Notes: generated from the sequence alone by a model not told the origin. A stretch of DNA of 64,000 nucleotides from a virus (IMGVR_UViG_3300009124_000009:7014-71013); one strand, 5' to 3'; positions 49,183 through 56,598 are shown, counted from the stretch's first letter. A program made the numbers and translations.

Positions 49183-49395
49183 TCAGGGAAAGTAAGGGGT
49201 GAGAATGTTACGATAGTCGATGTATTTGATACAGAAACCAACAGCAGATGTGATTTCTTCGATTAGATCATCGGGGTCAGATGCTTCCCAATATGATCCT
49301 AGAATCTCCTCGTAGATTTCCTGTTGTTCATTAGGTGAAAGTTCAAAATTGTCATCCTCAAAATCAAATGTGATTTCAGTGATTTGGTATTGCAT
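49183..49395 (-). CDS. Small acidic hypothetical protein (70 aa)
   Basis: ORF track; translationally coupled to the upstream ORF. Confidence 0.7.
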   Translation of the reverse strand: MQYQITEITFDFEDDNFELSPNEQQEIYEEILGSYWEASDPDDLIEEITSAVGFCIKYIDYRNILTPYFP

Positions 49396-49595
49396 TAGTT
49401 GAACAAATCGTTGAGGATAGATTTAGCAGTAGGTTCGGGGCGGATTTGCTCACTTGCCCAGTCTAATCCGTTTGCAATGTTAGAACGAGTGTCAGGGGAG
49501 TTAGCAATCAGAACACCGATGACAATGAGGAGAAGAACTTTCACTTGAGTTGCGTAGAAGTTTGCGGAACGAGATTTAGTGAGTGACTTGAGCAT
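49395..49595 (-). CDS. Small membrane protein (66 aa, MLKSLTKS...)
   Basis: 3' part of ORF 49395..49832; one hydrophobic segment VLLLIVIGVLIA. Confidence 0.6.
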   Translation of the reverse strand: MLKSLTKSRSANFYATQVKVLLLIVIGVLIANSPDTRSNIANGLDWASEQIRPEPTAKSILNDLFN

Positions 49596-49596
49596 G

Positions 49597-49902
49597 TTAG
49601 TAACGAGAATCACCTGCGACGATTGCATCATCCATGCCCGCAACTTCTGCTGCTTGCTCCCAAACATTGTAGAACATATCCCAAGCATAGTTGTCTGCAA
49701 CGAAGGTGGAAATGTCACACATTTCGCATACCCAATCGTATGCCATATCTGCATCTGCATTGTTATCAACGACGAAATCGTAGAGTTGTCCGATAACATC
49801 GCAGAAGCGAGAATCTTCTGCAAGAGAAACAAAGAACTTGCCAGTTTCGTTGTCGATCATGATACGCTTGCCAGTGATGGAGTGTGCAGATTTGTGAGTC
49901 AT
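49597..49902 (-). CDS. Acidic early protein (101 aa, MTHKSAHS...)
   Basis: 3' part of ORF 49597..50049; ATG at 49902 follows promoter copy 2. Confidence 0.7.
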   Translation of the reverse strand: MTHKSAHSITGKRIMIDNETGKFFVSLAEDSRFCDVIGQLYDFVVDNNADADMAYDWVCEMCDISTFVADNYAWDMFYNVWEQAAEVAGMDDAIVAGDSRY

Positions 49903-49950
49903 TTTGTTTGAGGTTAGTGTGTGTGGGGTTCGTTTCCCCCCCGTTGAAAC

Positions 49951-50010
49951 CAATATAGGGCATTTGGGGGGTCTGTGCCAGAAAAGTGGACACCGTGCCG
50001 ACTGGCACAC
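49951..50010 (-). promoter_or_regulatory. Early promoter with upstream palindrome, copy 2
   Basis: Minus strand GTGTGCCAGTCGGCACGGTGTCCAC ... TATATT. Confidence 0.7.
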
Positions 50011-50017
50011 TAGTTCT

Positions 50018-50191
50018 TTACACTGTGGCAGGTGACAGACTAACATCAACTCGCTTTAGATTCAATCCAGCAAGTTGGTCAATCACGCGATCGTGGATCT
50101 TCGTGCAAGCATTTTTTGCACGAGATTGTTCATACCAAATGGTCGTACATCCGTCGTTGGTCTCTACTTGAACGCGAATAGTTTGAGTCAT
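50018..50191 (-). CDS. Small hypothetical protein (57 aa)
   Basis: Manual translation MTQTIRVQVETNDGCTTIWYEQSRAKNACTKIHDRVIDQLAGLNLKRVDVSLSPATV*; ATGA overlap with the upstream stop. Confidence 0.65.
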   Translation of the reverse strand: MTQTIRVQVETNDGCTTIWYEQSRAKNACTKIHDRVIDQLAGLNLKRVDVSLSPATV

Positions 50192-50415
50192 TGGAGTGTG
50201 AAATTGGGGATGAAAGTGAACTCGTATTTACCATCTTGCGGATCAACTCCGCCCACTAACCATTCTTCACAAATTGCAATCGCATCTTCATTGTTTCCTT
50301 CTTTGATACGATCTTGCATTGCTTCAAACAACGTGTCTGCCATGTTGTCGATAGAATGTTCCATTTCAGGGGTTTCGTCGTTGTTAGTGAACAGGTCGAG
50401 AGTTGAATCGTGCAT
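50188..50415 (-). CDS. Small acidic hypothetical protein (75 aa, MHDSTLDLF...)
   Basis: 3' part of ORF 50188..50502. Confidence 0.65.
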   Translation of the reverse strand: MHDSTLDLFTNNDETPEMEHSIDNMADTLFEAMQDRIKEGNNEDAIAICEEWLVGGVDPQDGKYEFTFIPNFTLQ

Positions 50416-50425
50416 TGTTAGAAAC

Positions 50426-50617
50426 TCAGAAAGGATTGGTCCAGTTGTTGTACTGATTCTCGGAAATGTAACCCTCTTTGCAGAGTGAATCAGTGAAGTC
50501 ATTCCATTCGGTACGCTTCCAAACTACGTCATTCTTGAGTTTGGGATGTGCAATAGTGATGACTTTCCAGTTATGACGAAACTGTGAAAGTGCTTGTGCT
50601 TTTGTGATGGTTCGCAT
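50426..50617 (-). CDS. Small early protein (63 aa)
   Basis: ORF track; AGGA upstream; first gene after promoter copy 3. Confidence 0.75.
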   Translation of the reverse strand: MRTITKAQALSQFRHNWKVITIAHPKLKNDVVWKRTEWNDFTDSLCKEGYISENQYNNWTNPF

Positions 50618-50639
50618 TGCGTTCCTTTCGGTTGATGCT

Positions 50640-50702
50640 TATAGTATGGCACACCCTAGGGGCGTTCGGGGGGTTTAGTGTGCAGTTCGGTGATTGGCAC
50701 AC
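50640..50702 (-). promoter_or_regulatory. Early promoter with upstream palindrome, copy 3
   Basis: Minus strand GTGTGCCAATCACCGAACTGCACAC ... TGC-CATACT. Confidence 0.75.
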
Positions 50703-50845
50703 ACGTCATCGTAAGATGCACCTACGGGGATAGATTTGCAGAAACGTTCTAACTTAGCGTCCTGCATTTTGCTGACTGATTGAATGGCAGAAGAACCAAT
50801 CACACCGCCCATGATGAGAACAAAAGCGAGAAGAATGAAGCGCAT
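50675..50845 (-). CDS. Small protein with N-terminal signal/TM segment (56 aa)
   Basis: Manual translation MRFILLAFVLIMGGVIGSSAIQSVSKMQDAKLERFCKSIPVGASYDDVCANHRTAH*; GGAGG upstream. Confidence 0.65.
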   Translation of the reverse strand: MRFILLAFVLIMGGVIGSSAIQSVSKMQDAKLERFCKSIPVGASYDDVCANHRTAH

Positions 50846-51096
50846 CAGATAACCTCCTGTGCCAGGAACTTGTTGATAGTTTCTTCAGGCACGAAATCTT
50901 CACAAAACTCGCGCAACTGTTGCTCGTCTTCCATACAATAGAGAGAATAGATTTCATCTAAAATCTGATAATCGCTGCACGATTGCATGTTATTCTCAAT
51001 AGTATCGATGGCAAAAGATACGAGATCTTGCATATCCATAGCATCAACAATCTGTTGAGCGTAGGTTTCAATTAGTTGTGCGCGTTGCATAGTCAT
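50845..51096 (-). CDS. Small acidic hypothetical protein (83 aa)
   Basis: ORF track. Confidence 0.7.
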   Translation of the reverse strand: MTMQRAQLIETYAQQIVDAMDMQDLVSFAIDTIENNMQSCSDYQILDEIYSLYCMEDEQQLREFCEDFVPEETINKFLAQEVI

Positions 51097-51123
51097 TGTG
51101 GTGAAATAATGCGGAGAAAAGGA

Positions 51124-51360
51124 TCAGCAGCAGGCAGGAGAATAGTTAGAAGAATCAGTCAGAAAGTCTGTGACTTCGTAACCAAGATCAAGACGCGCAT
51201 TTACGGTTTCGATCATCTCTTTACGAGACATAAGACGGATGGATTTAGTCATTTCATCACCCATAAACTTGAGGGTGTAGACAAACTTATCGCTGAGAAT
51301 TGCATGGGGTTGAAACTCAACAACCATAGCGCGGGATTGACCTTTTGAAGTGAGTTGCAT
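51124..51360 (-). CDS. Small early protein (78 aa)
   Basis: ORF track; first gene after promoter copy 4. Confidence 0.75.
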   Translation of the reverse strand: MQLTSKGQSRAMVVEFQPHAILSDKFVYTLKFMGDEMTKSIRLMSRKEMIETVNARLDLGYEVTDFLTDSSNYSPACC

Positions 51361-51382
51361 GTGCTTTGCTTTGTTTGACTCT

Positions 51383-51446
51383 TATAGTATGGCACCCTAT
51401 GGGGCGGAAATCAATCGGTAGTGGACACTTTGACCAACTGGCACAC
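51383..51446 (-). promoter_or_regulatory. Early promoter with upstream palindrome, copy 4
   Basis: Minus strand GTGTGCCAGTTGGTCAAAGTGTCCAC, then TTGATT-17-CATACT with extended TG. Confidence 0.8.
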
Positions 51447-51447
51447 C

Positions 51448-51615
51448 CTAGAAAACATTAGTCCACCTCGCGTGATTTGCTTTGCTGATTCTACCCTCTG
51501 CCAACATATTGTCGCAGACGTTGACAAAGACTTGAAACTTTTCCTCTCTAGTGAGAGAATGTGGTTCAGCAGCAGTAGAAATCACCCTAAGCATTTGTGC
51601 CTTTGATGTAATCAT
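51448..51615 (-). CDS. Small protein (55 aa), apparent paralog of 50426..50617
   Basis: Manual translation MITSKAQMLRVISTAAEPHSLTREEKFQVFVNVCDNMLAEGRISKANHARWTNVF*; ATGA overlap. Confidence 0.7.
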   Translation of the reverse strand: MITSKAQMLRVISTAAEPHSLTREEKFQVFVNVCDNMLAEGRISKANHARWTNVF

Positions 51616-51863
51616 TTGATGGAAACGTTGAAGTTTTGAAGATCAGTTTGTGTGATGGTTTCTTTACCCGAGAGCATCGAAAGATCCTCTCTAAGTGTCC
51701 ACATTTTGTCATCTTGTGCGATAACAGCAAACCCGAAAACACCTGCGGTTGGCATCATGTAGAGACCATGCTTTTCTGCCTGTTTAGCACTACCAAACCC
51801 ACGGGCAGTGATAGTCCAATCTTTACCGAAGTATGCACAAATGAAATCAGTCATTATAATCAA
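51612..51863 (-). CDS. Hypothetical protein (83 aa)
   Basis: ORF track; overlaps its neighbours by 4 nt. Confidence 0.7.
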   Translation of the reverse strand: MIIMTDFICAYFGKDWTITARGFGSAKQAEKHGLYMMPTAGVFGFAVIAQDDKMWTLREDLSMLSGKETITQTDLQNFNVSIK

Positions 51864-52063
51864 CCTCCGAAGTTGTCATCCATGAAGGCAGAATCCTGCC
51901 CACGATCATCACCGAACATTTCAGTGTAGAGGTCAAGATTCTGATTCTTGTACTTCTCGTTGGTCATCCAGATCTCTTGCTCAATCCATGCAAGTTCTGC
52001 GCGTTTCTTTAGCAGTTGCTCACGCAGATCGTAGAGTCGTTGATTGCGTTCGGTTAGAGTCAT
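51860..52063 (-). CDS. Small coiled-coil early protein (67 aa)
   Basis: ORF track; AGGA upstream; first gene after promoter copy 5. Confidence 0.75.
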   Translation of the reverse strand: MTLTERNQRLYDLREQLLKKRAELAWIEQEIWMTNEKYKNQNLDLYTEMFGDDRGQDSAFMDDNFGG

Positions 52064-52085
52064 TTGTGTTCCTTTGTTTGACTCT

Positions 52086-52150
52086 TATAGTATGGCACAC
52101 CTGAGAGGCATCCACAAGCGCCTGTGTGCCACTTTAGGCAACTGTCACAC
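52086..52150 (-). promoter_or_regulatory. Early promoter with upstream palindrome, copy 5
   Basis: Minus strand GTGTGACAGTTGCCTAAAGTGGCACAC, then TTGTGG-17-CATACT with extended TG. Confidence 0.8.
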
Positions 52151-52336
52151 CCCAAACCCTCCTTTATCTTCTTTTTCCATCCTACGGTTAGCATCAACGA
52201 TCTCACGAAGTTTATTCTTCATGAATCTCAACTCTTCCTCTTTGTAGAGAAATGGGTTATCATCACCGTTCTGAATTGCTTTCTTCAGTTTCTTGATTTG
52301 CGATCGAATTGTTGGCATTGGTTTGTAAGAAATCAT
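52145..52336 (-). CDS. Small basic hypothetical protein (63 aa)
   Basis: ORF track; ATGA overlap with the oxygenase stop; ends in KGGFG. Confidence 0.7.
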   Translation of the reverse strand: MISYKPMPTIRSQIKKLKKAIQNGDDNPFLYKEEELRFMKNKLREIVDANRRMEKEDKGGFGV

Positions 52337-52977
52337 CGGACAATTTGTTGCTCGTAATATCCATCGCCCATTATTCCTTTGACAGAATAATTGACAACGA
52401 CATTCAGTCTATCATCATTTGATAGATTTTCTGGTGTTCCATGAAACGTAAATGCAGGAAATATGACCATTGTTCCTGCTTGTGGACTGATAGTCATTTC
52501 ATTAGCATTTAGTTCATTGGATCTTTCTAGTCTGGGTTTCAATGATGGCGTCATCCAGGTATGACGTAGACTCTCTTTTTCAAACTTTAGTCCACCACCA
52601 TCCTCAGGCATTTTAGTGTAAAGTATGCCAGACCAGAGACAATTCTCATGGCAATGTTGTGGAGCAAAGTCTAATGTCTTGTGCCACATTGACCACGAGC
52701 GATTGCAATCTAGTTTAGTTGACTCTTTATCAACTGCCAGGGCATCATACACATAGTGATGCATTTCTGCTTTGATTGCATTAGAAACGTCATCAAACTG
52801 TGGTAGTTTGAGAATCTCTTTGTTGACAGTTGTTTTACCTGTTGTGTTGTTACCCTTTACATCTTCCCACTCAAGATCTAGAAGACGTTTGTTGACATCT
52901 TCTAGATCAAGATTGTACTTTAGATGTATATCCTCTTCGATGTAAAGTGGGATTGCGAATAGTGGTAGAATTGCCAT
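52333..52977 (-). CDS. Putative 2OG-Fe(II) oxygenase (214 aa)
   Basis: HCH..WSGILY, GTMVIFPAFTFHG and distal R (DDRLNVVVN): double-stranded beta-helix oxygenase motifs common in cyanophages. Confidence 0.85.
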   Translation of the reverse strand: MAILPLFAIPLYIEEDIHLKYNLDLEDVNKRLLDLEWEDVKGNNTTGKTTVNKEILKLPQFDDVSNAIKAEMHHYVYDALAVDKESTKLDCNRSWSMWHKTLDFAPQHCHENCLWSGILYTKMPEDGGGLKFEKESLRHTWMTPSLKPRLERSNELNANEMTISPQAGTMVIFPAFTFHGTPENLSNDDRLNVVVNYSVKGIMGDGYYEQQIVR

Positions 52978-52978
52978 A

Positions 52979-53488
52979 TCATTTCATATAAAGGTAACCA
53001 CCTGCCCAGTCTGCTTTCTCATAACACTCCTCGCGAGATTTGTCATCGAGTAGATTATAACGAGCACCCTTTGCAGGAGACTTGAATGATGCAGGTTTGA
53101 AAACATCGCCCGTCTTCTTGTCTACAAAGGCATGAACTGAGCGACTGCTAGAGTTATCCTGCTCCATGATAATCTTATAGTATTTACGTCCTTCTTCAAT
53201 AGGAAATGCAACCTCAGGATCACTATTAGCGATCTGATCTATGCGCTTTTGATGATAGTCTGCCTCAGACATGTTGCCTGCATTGGCAGCAAAGAAAAGA
53301 GAGCGTTTGTGTGATTGCATACAGCGAATCTTATAGTCCATGACTAGATTCTCACACAGCATGAGAGTATAATGATCTACCTGTTCTTGAGTTGATTGGC
53401 GTTCACCTTCGGTTGCACAATACTCAGCAAAAGACATACGTTCTTTCTCTTTGTTGTTGAGATGGATTTGATACTTGATTGCAGACAT
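52979..53488 (-). CDS. Conserved phage hypothetical protein (169 aa)
   Basis: GRKYYKI..SVHAFVDKKTGDVFKPASFKSPAKGARYNL..ADWAGGYLY, a recurring T4-like phage early family. Confidence 0.8.
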   Translation of the reverse strand: MSAIKYQIHLNNKEKERMSFAEYCATEGERQSTQEQVDHYTLMLCENLVMDYKIRCMQSHKRSLFFAANAGNMSEADYHQKRIDQIANSDPEVAFPIEEGRKYYKIIMEQDNSSSRSVHAFVDKKTGDVFKPASFKSPAKGARYNLLDDKSREECYEKADWAGGYLYMK

Positions 53489-53490
53489 AA

Positions 53491-53688
53491 TCAGTTTTCG
53501 TTGAGGAAATCGTGAAGTGCTTCTTGATACTCTTCGTAGGAAGAATAACGATCTTGAAGATGTGCAGGAACTTGCTTTGCAGCAGGTTTCCGACAGTCAC
53601 TGGCATCATAACCAGATTCGATGAGAGTTTGAACGTATGGATTTGAGTGCATTTGTTTCCAGTAATTAGAGTCGAACTTTGGCATCAT
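53491..53688 (-). CDS. Small early protein (65 aa)
   Basis: ORF track; first gene after promoter copy 6. Confidence 0.7.
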   Translation of the reverse strand: MMPKFDSNYWKQMHSNPYVQTLIESGYDASDCRKPAAKQVPAHLQDRYSSYEEYQEALHDFLNEN

Positions 53689-53945
53689 TGGGTTTTTCCC
53701 TTTGATTGCTTAGCAATCTTAGCACCTGGGGACCGCTTTCGGCGTGGTTTGGGTGCAGTTTCAGGATTGGCACACTCTAGTACGAATGTACCTTTCTTCA
53801 ACTTGTATTGTTTGATATACTTTTCCGCGTTCTCTTTGCAGTGGAAAAAGCATAGTTTCATGGGAGGTTTTTTCCTCCCTTCTTTAGGTCCATCCTGGTG
53901 TTCTAGACGCCAGGGCATACTCTCGTAGGGAAACTTTTCAGACAT
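53685..53945 (-). CDS. Small basic hypothetical protein (MSEKFPYE...)
   Basis: ORF 53685..53981; probable ATG at 53945 overlapping the nuclease stop; PWRLE..LCFFHCKENAEKYI motif. Confidence 0.65.
   Translation of the reverse strand: MSEKFPYESMPWRLEHQDGPKEGRKKPPMKLCFFHCKENAEKYIKQYKLKKGTFVLECANPETAPKPRRKRSPGAKIAKQSKGKTQ
53716..53775 (-). promoter_or_regulatory. Early promoter with upstream palindrome, copy 6 (inside the 3' end of the upstream ORF)
   Basis: Minus strand GTGTGCCAATCCTGAAACTGCACCC ... TGC-TAAGAT at the same spacing as the other copies. Confidence 0.65.
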
Positions 53946-54447
53946 ATTCATCCATCCAGTAGAAGTCTTCAGGCATACCATCGAGGAAGAATGTGCCGCT
54001 ATTTACTTTCTTTCCGCCATGCTGATTGTAGATCCATTCATTCTTCTCATTGACAACCATTACATGCTTCTTGATGGTATCTTTGTCAGCATAGAAGAAA
54101 CAAATGCTAGAATGATAGACGGCAACAAATACCATCACATCGTAATCTTGCGCGGGACGGATCTGCTGCCAGCGGAAATGTGTGCCCTTATCCCACATGA
54201 ATGATCCTTTGATCTCTACCTTTAGACCATCAACAATACGATCGTGATCGCTATTCTTGGGTTTCTCTACTTTCTTGCCTTTGCTAACACAATACTCCTC
54301 AAAGATCTTCTCAAAATACTTACCTTTCTTCTTGCTGCTGAGTTGCTTCAGCGGTTGAAATACGCTGCCATGATAGTAGTCATCGTCATGCTCATTGAGA
54401 ATCTCAGCATAACAATCAAGTTTCTGGAATTGAGTGGCGTGAAGCAT
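53938..54447 (-). CDS. Type IIP restriction-endonuclease-like PD-(D/E)xK nuclease, probable MseI (T^TAA) family (169 aa)
   Basis: Catalytic pattern KGKYFE...SDHDRIVDGLKVEIKGS; downstream W..G..F.WQQIR..QDYD and QHGG match MseI as I recall it (SDADRVINGHRIEIKMSTLW..FKFQQIR.QEYD..QHTG); first gene after promoter copy 7. Confidence 0.75.
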   Translation of the reverse strand: MLHATQFQKLDCYAEILNEHDDDYYHGSVFQPLKQLSSKKKGKYFEKIFEEYCVSKGKKVEKPKNSDHDRIVDGLKVEIKGSFMWDKGTHFRWQQIRPAQDYDVMVFVAVYHSSICFFYADKDTIKKHVMVVNEKNEWIYNQHGGKKVNSGTFFLDGMPEDFYWMDEYV

Positions 54448-54466
54448 TGCGAATCTCTTTGACCTT

Positions 54467-54530
54467 TATAGTATTGCACCTTTCACGGTGCTTTGCAAGT
54501 GATAGTGGACAGTTTGACCAACTGGCACAC
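54467..54530 (-). promoter_or_regulatory. Early promoter with upstream palindrome, copy 7 (drives the nuclease)
   Basis: Minus strand GTGTGCCAGTTGGTCAAACTGTCCAC, then TTGCAA-17-AATACT with extended TG. Confidence 0.8.
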
Positions 54531-54730
54531 TATCCCCAGTTTTCCATCCATTCTGCTAAAGTGTAACCTTCATCCGTACAGGTTTCTTCCACTAACTCTT
54601 CGAGAGTTAGTTTCTCTATGTCTGCACGATACTCCTCTGGAGTAGGATCTTCGGGATCATAATCGTCATGGCAGAGATACTCCCACTCTGCCACCAGTGC
54701 ATCAATCAGTTGTTGTTTAGTGTAGTTCAT
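54530..54730 (-). CDS. Small very acidic protein (66 aa)
   Basis: ORF track; 20 of 66 residues are D/E. Confidence 0.7.
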   Translation of the reverse strand: MNYTKQQLIDALVAEWEYLCHDDYDPEDPTPEEYRADIEKLTLEELVEETCTDEGYTLAEWMENWG

Positions 54731-54733
54731 AAA

Positions 54734-55972
54734 TCAGCAATATGCGAGGGGAGGAATACCTTCCATGAAGATCTGGTTGACAACATTCTGCAAACGTGCA
54801 GCGATAGCGTTACCCATCTTGTAACCTGTAGGCATAGTCACGATGCCCTCTTGTTTCTTGTAAAGGTGAAACGCACCAGCAGGAATCAGACCCTGAGCAA
54901 CAGCAGCACGGTCATCTTTGTGGACACGGATAACACGACCGATCGTCTGTGCCATCTCAATGATGGGCAGATTACGCAGCAGAATAGTATGCGTCAGACC
55001 AGGAACATTGATGCCCTCAGAGAGAATGGAATAGTGGAAGATTACAAACTTCTTGCTATCATCAGCACCCCAAGATGTGAGGGTCTGGAAGAACTCTTCA
55101 CGACCAACTTTGCGATCATTGATGATAGCACCAAACTTGCTGGTGATGTGCATCACGTCGTAACCTTTGCGGTAGAAATACTCCAGAATGTCAGTCTGTC
55201 CGAGCATGTTACCCAGCACCTTAGAAGATGGTGCAGCAACCAGAACTTTAGGATTCTGGAAGACATCGAGTTGCTCAAACATATCCTTCAGATTGTCTGC
55301 ATCAACCTCATGTGCGTTATGCTTAGTGCGGGTGCGATTGGTCTCGAAAGGAACAATGCGGGGAGGAACGATTGCACCTGCTTCGATGAGTTCTTGAGCA
55401 GGGACATTGCAGAGAGTGCCACCATAAACGTCGCTATTGTTCATGCCACGAGTTACACTAGTGCCGCGACCAGTGCGAGGAGTTGCAGTAAAATAGTAGC
55501 GACGTTTGGCATACTGTGCGGTAGCATATACAGCACCGAAGAAGTGACGACCGCAACCATTGTGTGCTTCGTCGAAGTAAATGGTATCAATATCGATGCC
55601 ACTATCTACAACACGGGGCAGAGAATGATAGGTGGTAAAGATCAGCGTAGACTTGGCATTACTGCGCCACAGAGTAGCAGCAGAAGCAATCTCTGCTGGT
55701 TTGGTAGTGCTGAAGTGGTGAGTTTCGCCACTGTGAACGTGCATAACGCGAGTCGAAGTAGCAGACACAAACTCCATGAACTCTTCGCACAGTTGATTAG
55801 CGAGAAGAATACGGGGAGCAACAACAACTGTAGTGCTACCCTGTGCAGCACGAGCAAGACAATCAGCGATCATGATGTAAGTCTTGCCACCACCAGTAGG
55901 CACAATGATCTGACCCTTATCGTGCTTCTGCATTGCATCGAAAGCACGTTGTTGATGGGGGCGGAGTTGCAT
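54734..55972 (-). CDS. Superfamily-2 DEAD/DEAH-box helicase, ResIII-like (412 aa)
   Basis: Q motif LRPHQ, Walker A PTGGGKT, DEAH, TAT, LSEGINVP and QTIGRVIR; start re-assigned to MQLRPHQ (55972) downstream of promoter copy 8. Confidence 0.9.
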   Translation of the reverse strand: MQLRPHQQRAFDAMQKHDKGQIIVPTGGGKTYIMIADCLARAAQGSTTVVVAPRILLANQLCEEFMEFVSATSTRVMHVHSGETHHFSTTKPAEIASAATLWRSNAKSTLIFTTYHSLPRVVDSGIDIDTIYFDEAHNGCGRHFFGAVYATAQYAKRRYYFTATPRTGRGTSVTRGMNNSDVYGGTLCNVPAQELIEAGAIVPPRIVPFETNRTRTKHNAHEVDADNLKDMFEQLDVFQNPKVLVAAPSSKVLGNMLGQTDILEYFYRKGYDVMHITSKFGAIINDRKVGREEFFQTLTSWGADDSKKFVIFHYSILSEGINVPGLTHTILLRNLPIIEMAQTIGRVIRVHKDDRAAVAQGLIPAGAFHLYKKQEGIVTMPTGYKMGNAIAARLQNVVNQIFMEGIPPLAYC

Positions 55973-55997
55973 TACGAGTTGATTTCTCAAGTATGCA

Positions 55998-56059
55998 TAT
56001 AGTATTGCATAAAAAAAGTCCCCTGTCAAGAGGACTGTGACGCTTATTCAGGTGGCACA
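55998..56059 (-). promoter_or_regulatory. Early promoter with upstream palindrome, copy 8 (TTGACA-17-AATACT)
   Basis: Minus strand TGTGCCACCTGAATAAGCGTCACA, then TTGACA at 56024-56029 and TGC-AATACT. Confidence 0.75.
56011..56036 (-). terminator. Rho-independent terminator overlapping the -35 box of promoter copy 8
   Basis: Minus strand AGTCCTCT-TGAC-AGGGGACT followed by a T run, just after the stop at 56044. Confidence 0.7.
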
Positions 56060-56250
56060 TTGCGTAAGTGCAGTTTGTCAATGATGTCATCTACTTGTGC
56101 AAAGAGTAAATCATACTCTTCTGATGTAACTGTCTTATCATTGTAATAGTGTTTTTGCAATTCTGCAATATACAAAAACATTGCACGTCTAGCGATTTCT
56201 TTCTCTTCATGTGAGAGAATTGCGGTGCGAAGTGATGTCATTGAAGTCAA
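56044..56250 (-). CDS. Hypothetical protein (68 aa)
   Basis: ORF track. Confidence 0.65.
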   Translation of the reverse strand: MTSMTSLRTAILSHEEKEIARRAMFLYIAELQKHYYNDKTVTSEEYDLLFAQVDDIIDKLHLRNVPPE

Positions 56251-56441
56251 TAGCGGCGGAGAGTCTTCAAATAGTCAAGAACATATGAACGAATGTACAT
56301 AAGTTCGTGATAACATTTTTGGTTGTGAGCACACTGACGCAGTGCTGGATCTGGTTTTAGTACAGATTCGACAAACAAATCAAGTCCTCGGTTGAACTTG
56401 ATGTCTTCGCTTTCGTTTTCAAACATGTGATTTTCATTCAA
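56247..56441 (-). CDS. Hypothetical cyanophage protein (64 aa)
   Basis: ORF track; RGLDLFVESVLKPD..LRQCAHNQKCYHELM motif. Confidence 0.7.
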   Translation of the reverse strand: MNENHMFENESEDIKFNRGLDLFVESVLKPDPALRQCAHNQKCYHELMYIRSYVLDYLKTLRRY

Positions 56442-56494
56442 CCCTTACATTATATCTAGTATGTTAGGGGTTGTCCATGGAGGAAATCTAAAGA

Positions 56495-56596
56495 TTATTC
56501 GTATTCAATGACGCAATCATTAGAAAGTTCATACTCTGGATAATCATCATACTCATCGAGAGTATAAGTATCATCCTCATCCATAGTTTCGTTCAT
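56495..56596 (-). CDS. Tiny very acidic protein (33 aa)
   Basis: Manual translation MNETMDEDDTYTLDEYDDYPEYELSNDCVIEYE*. Confidence 0.5.
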   Translation of the reverse strand: MNETMDEDDTYTLDEYDDYPEYELSNDCVIEYE

Positions 56597-56598
56597 AA

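Noticed and set aside
54668-56002. 444-aa plus-strand ORF
   Set aside because: It lies antisense to the helicase, has no recognisable motif or promoter, and is best explained as a shadow ORF; the rarity of TTA/CTA/TCA codons in the real gene removes antisense stops.
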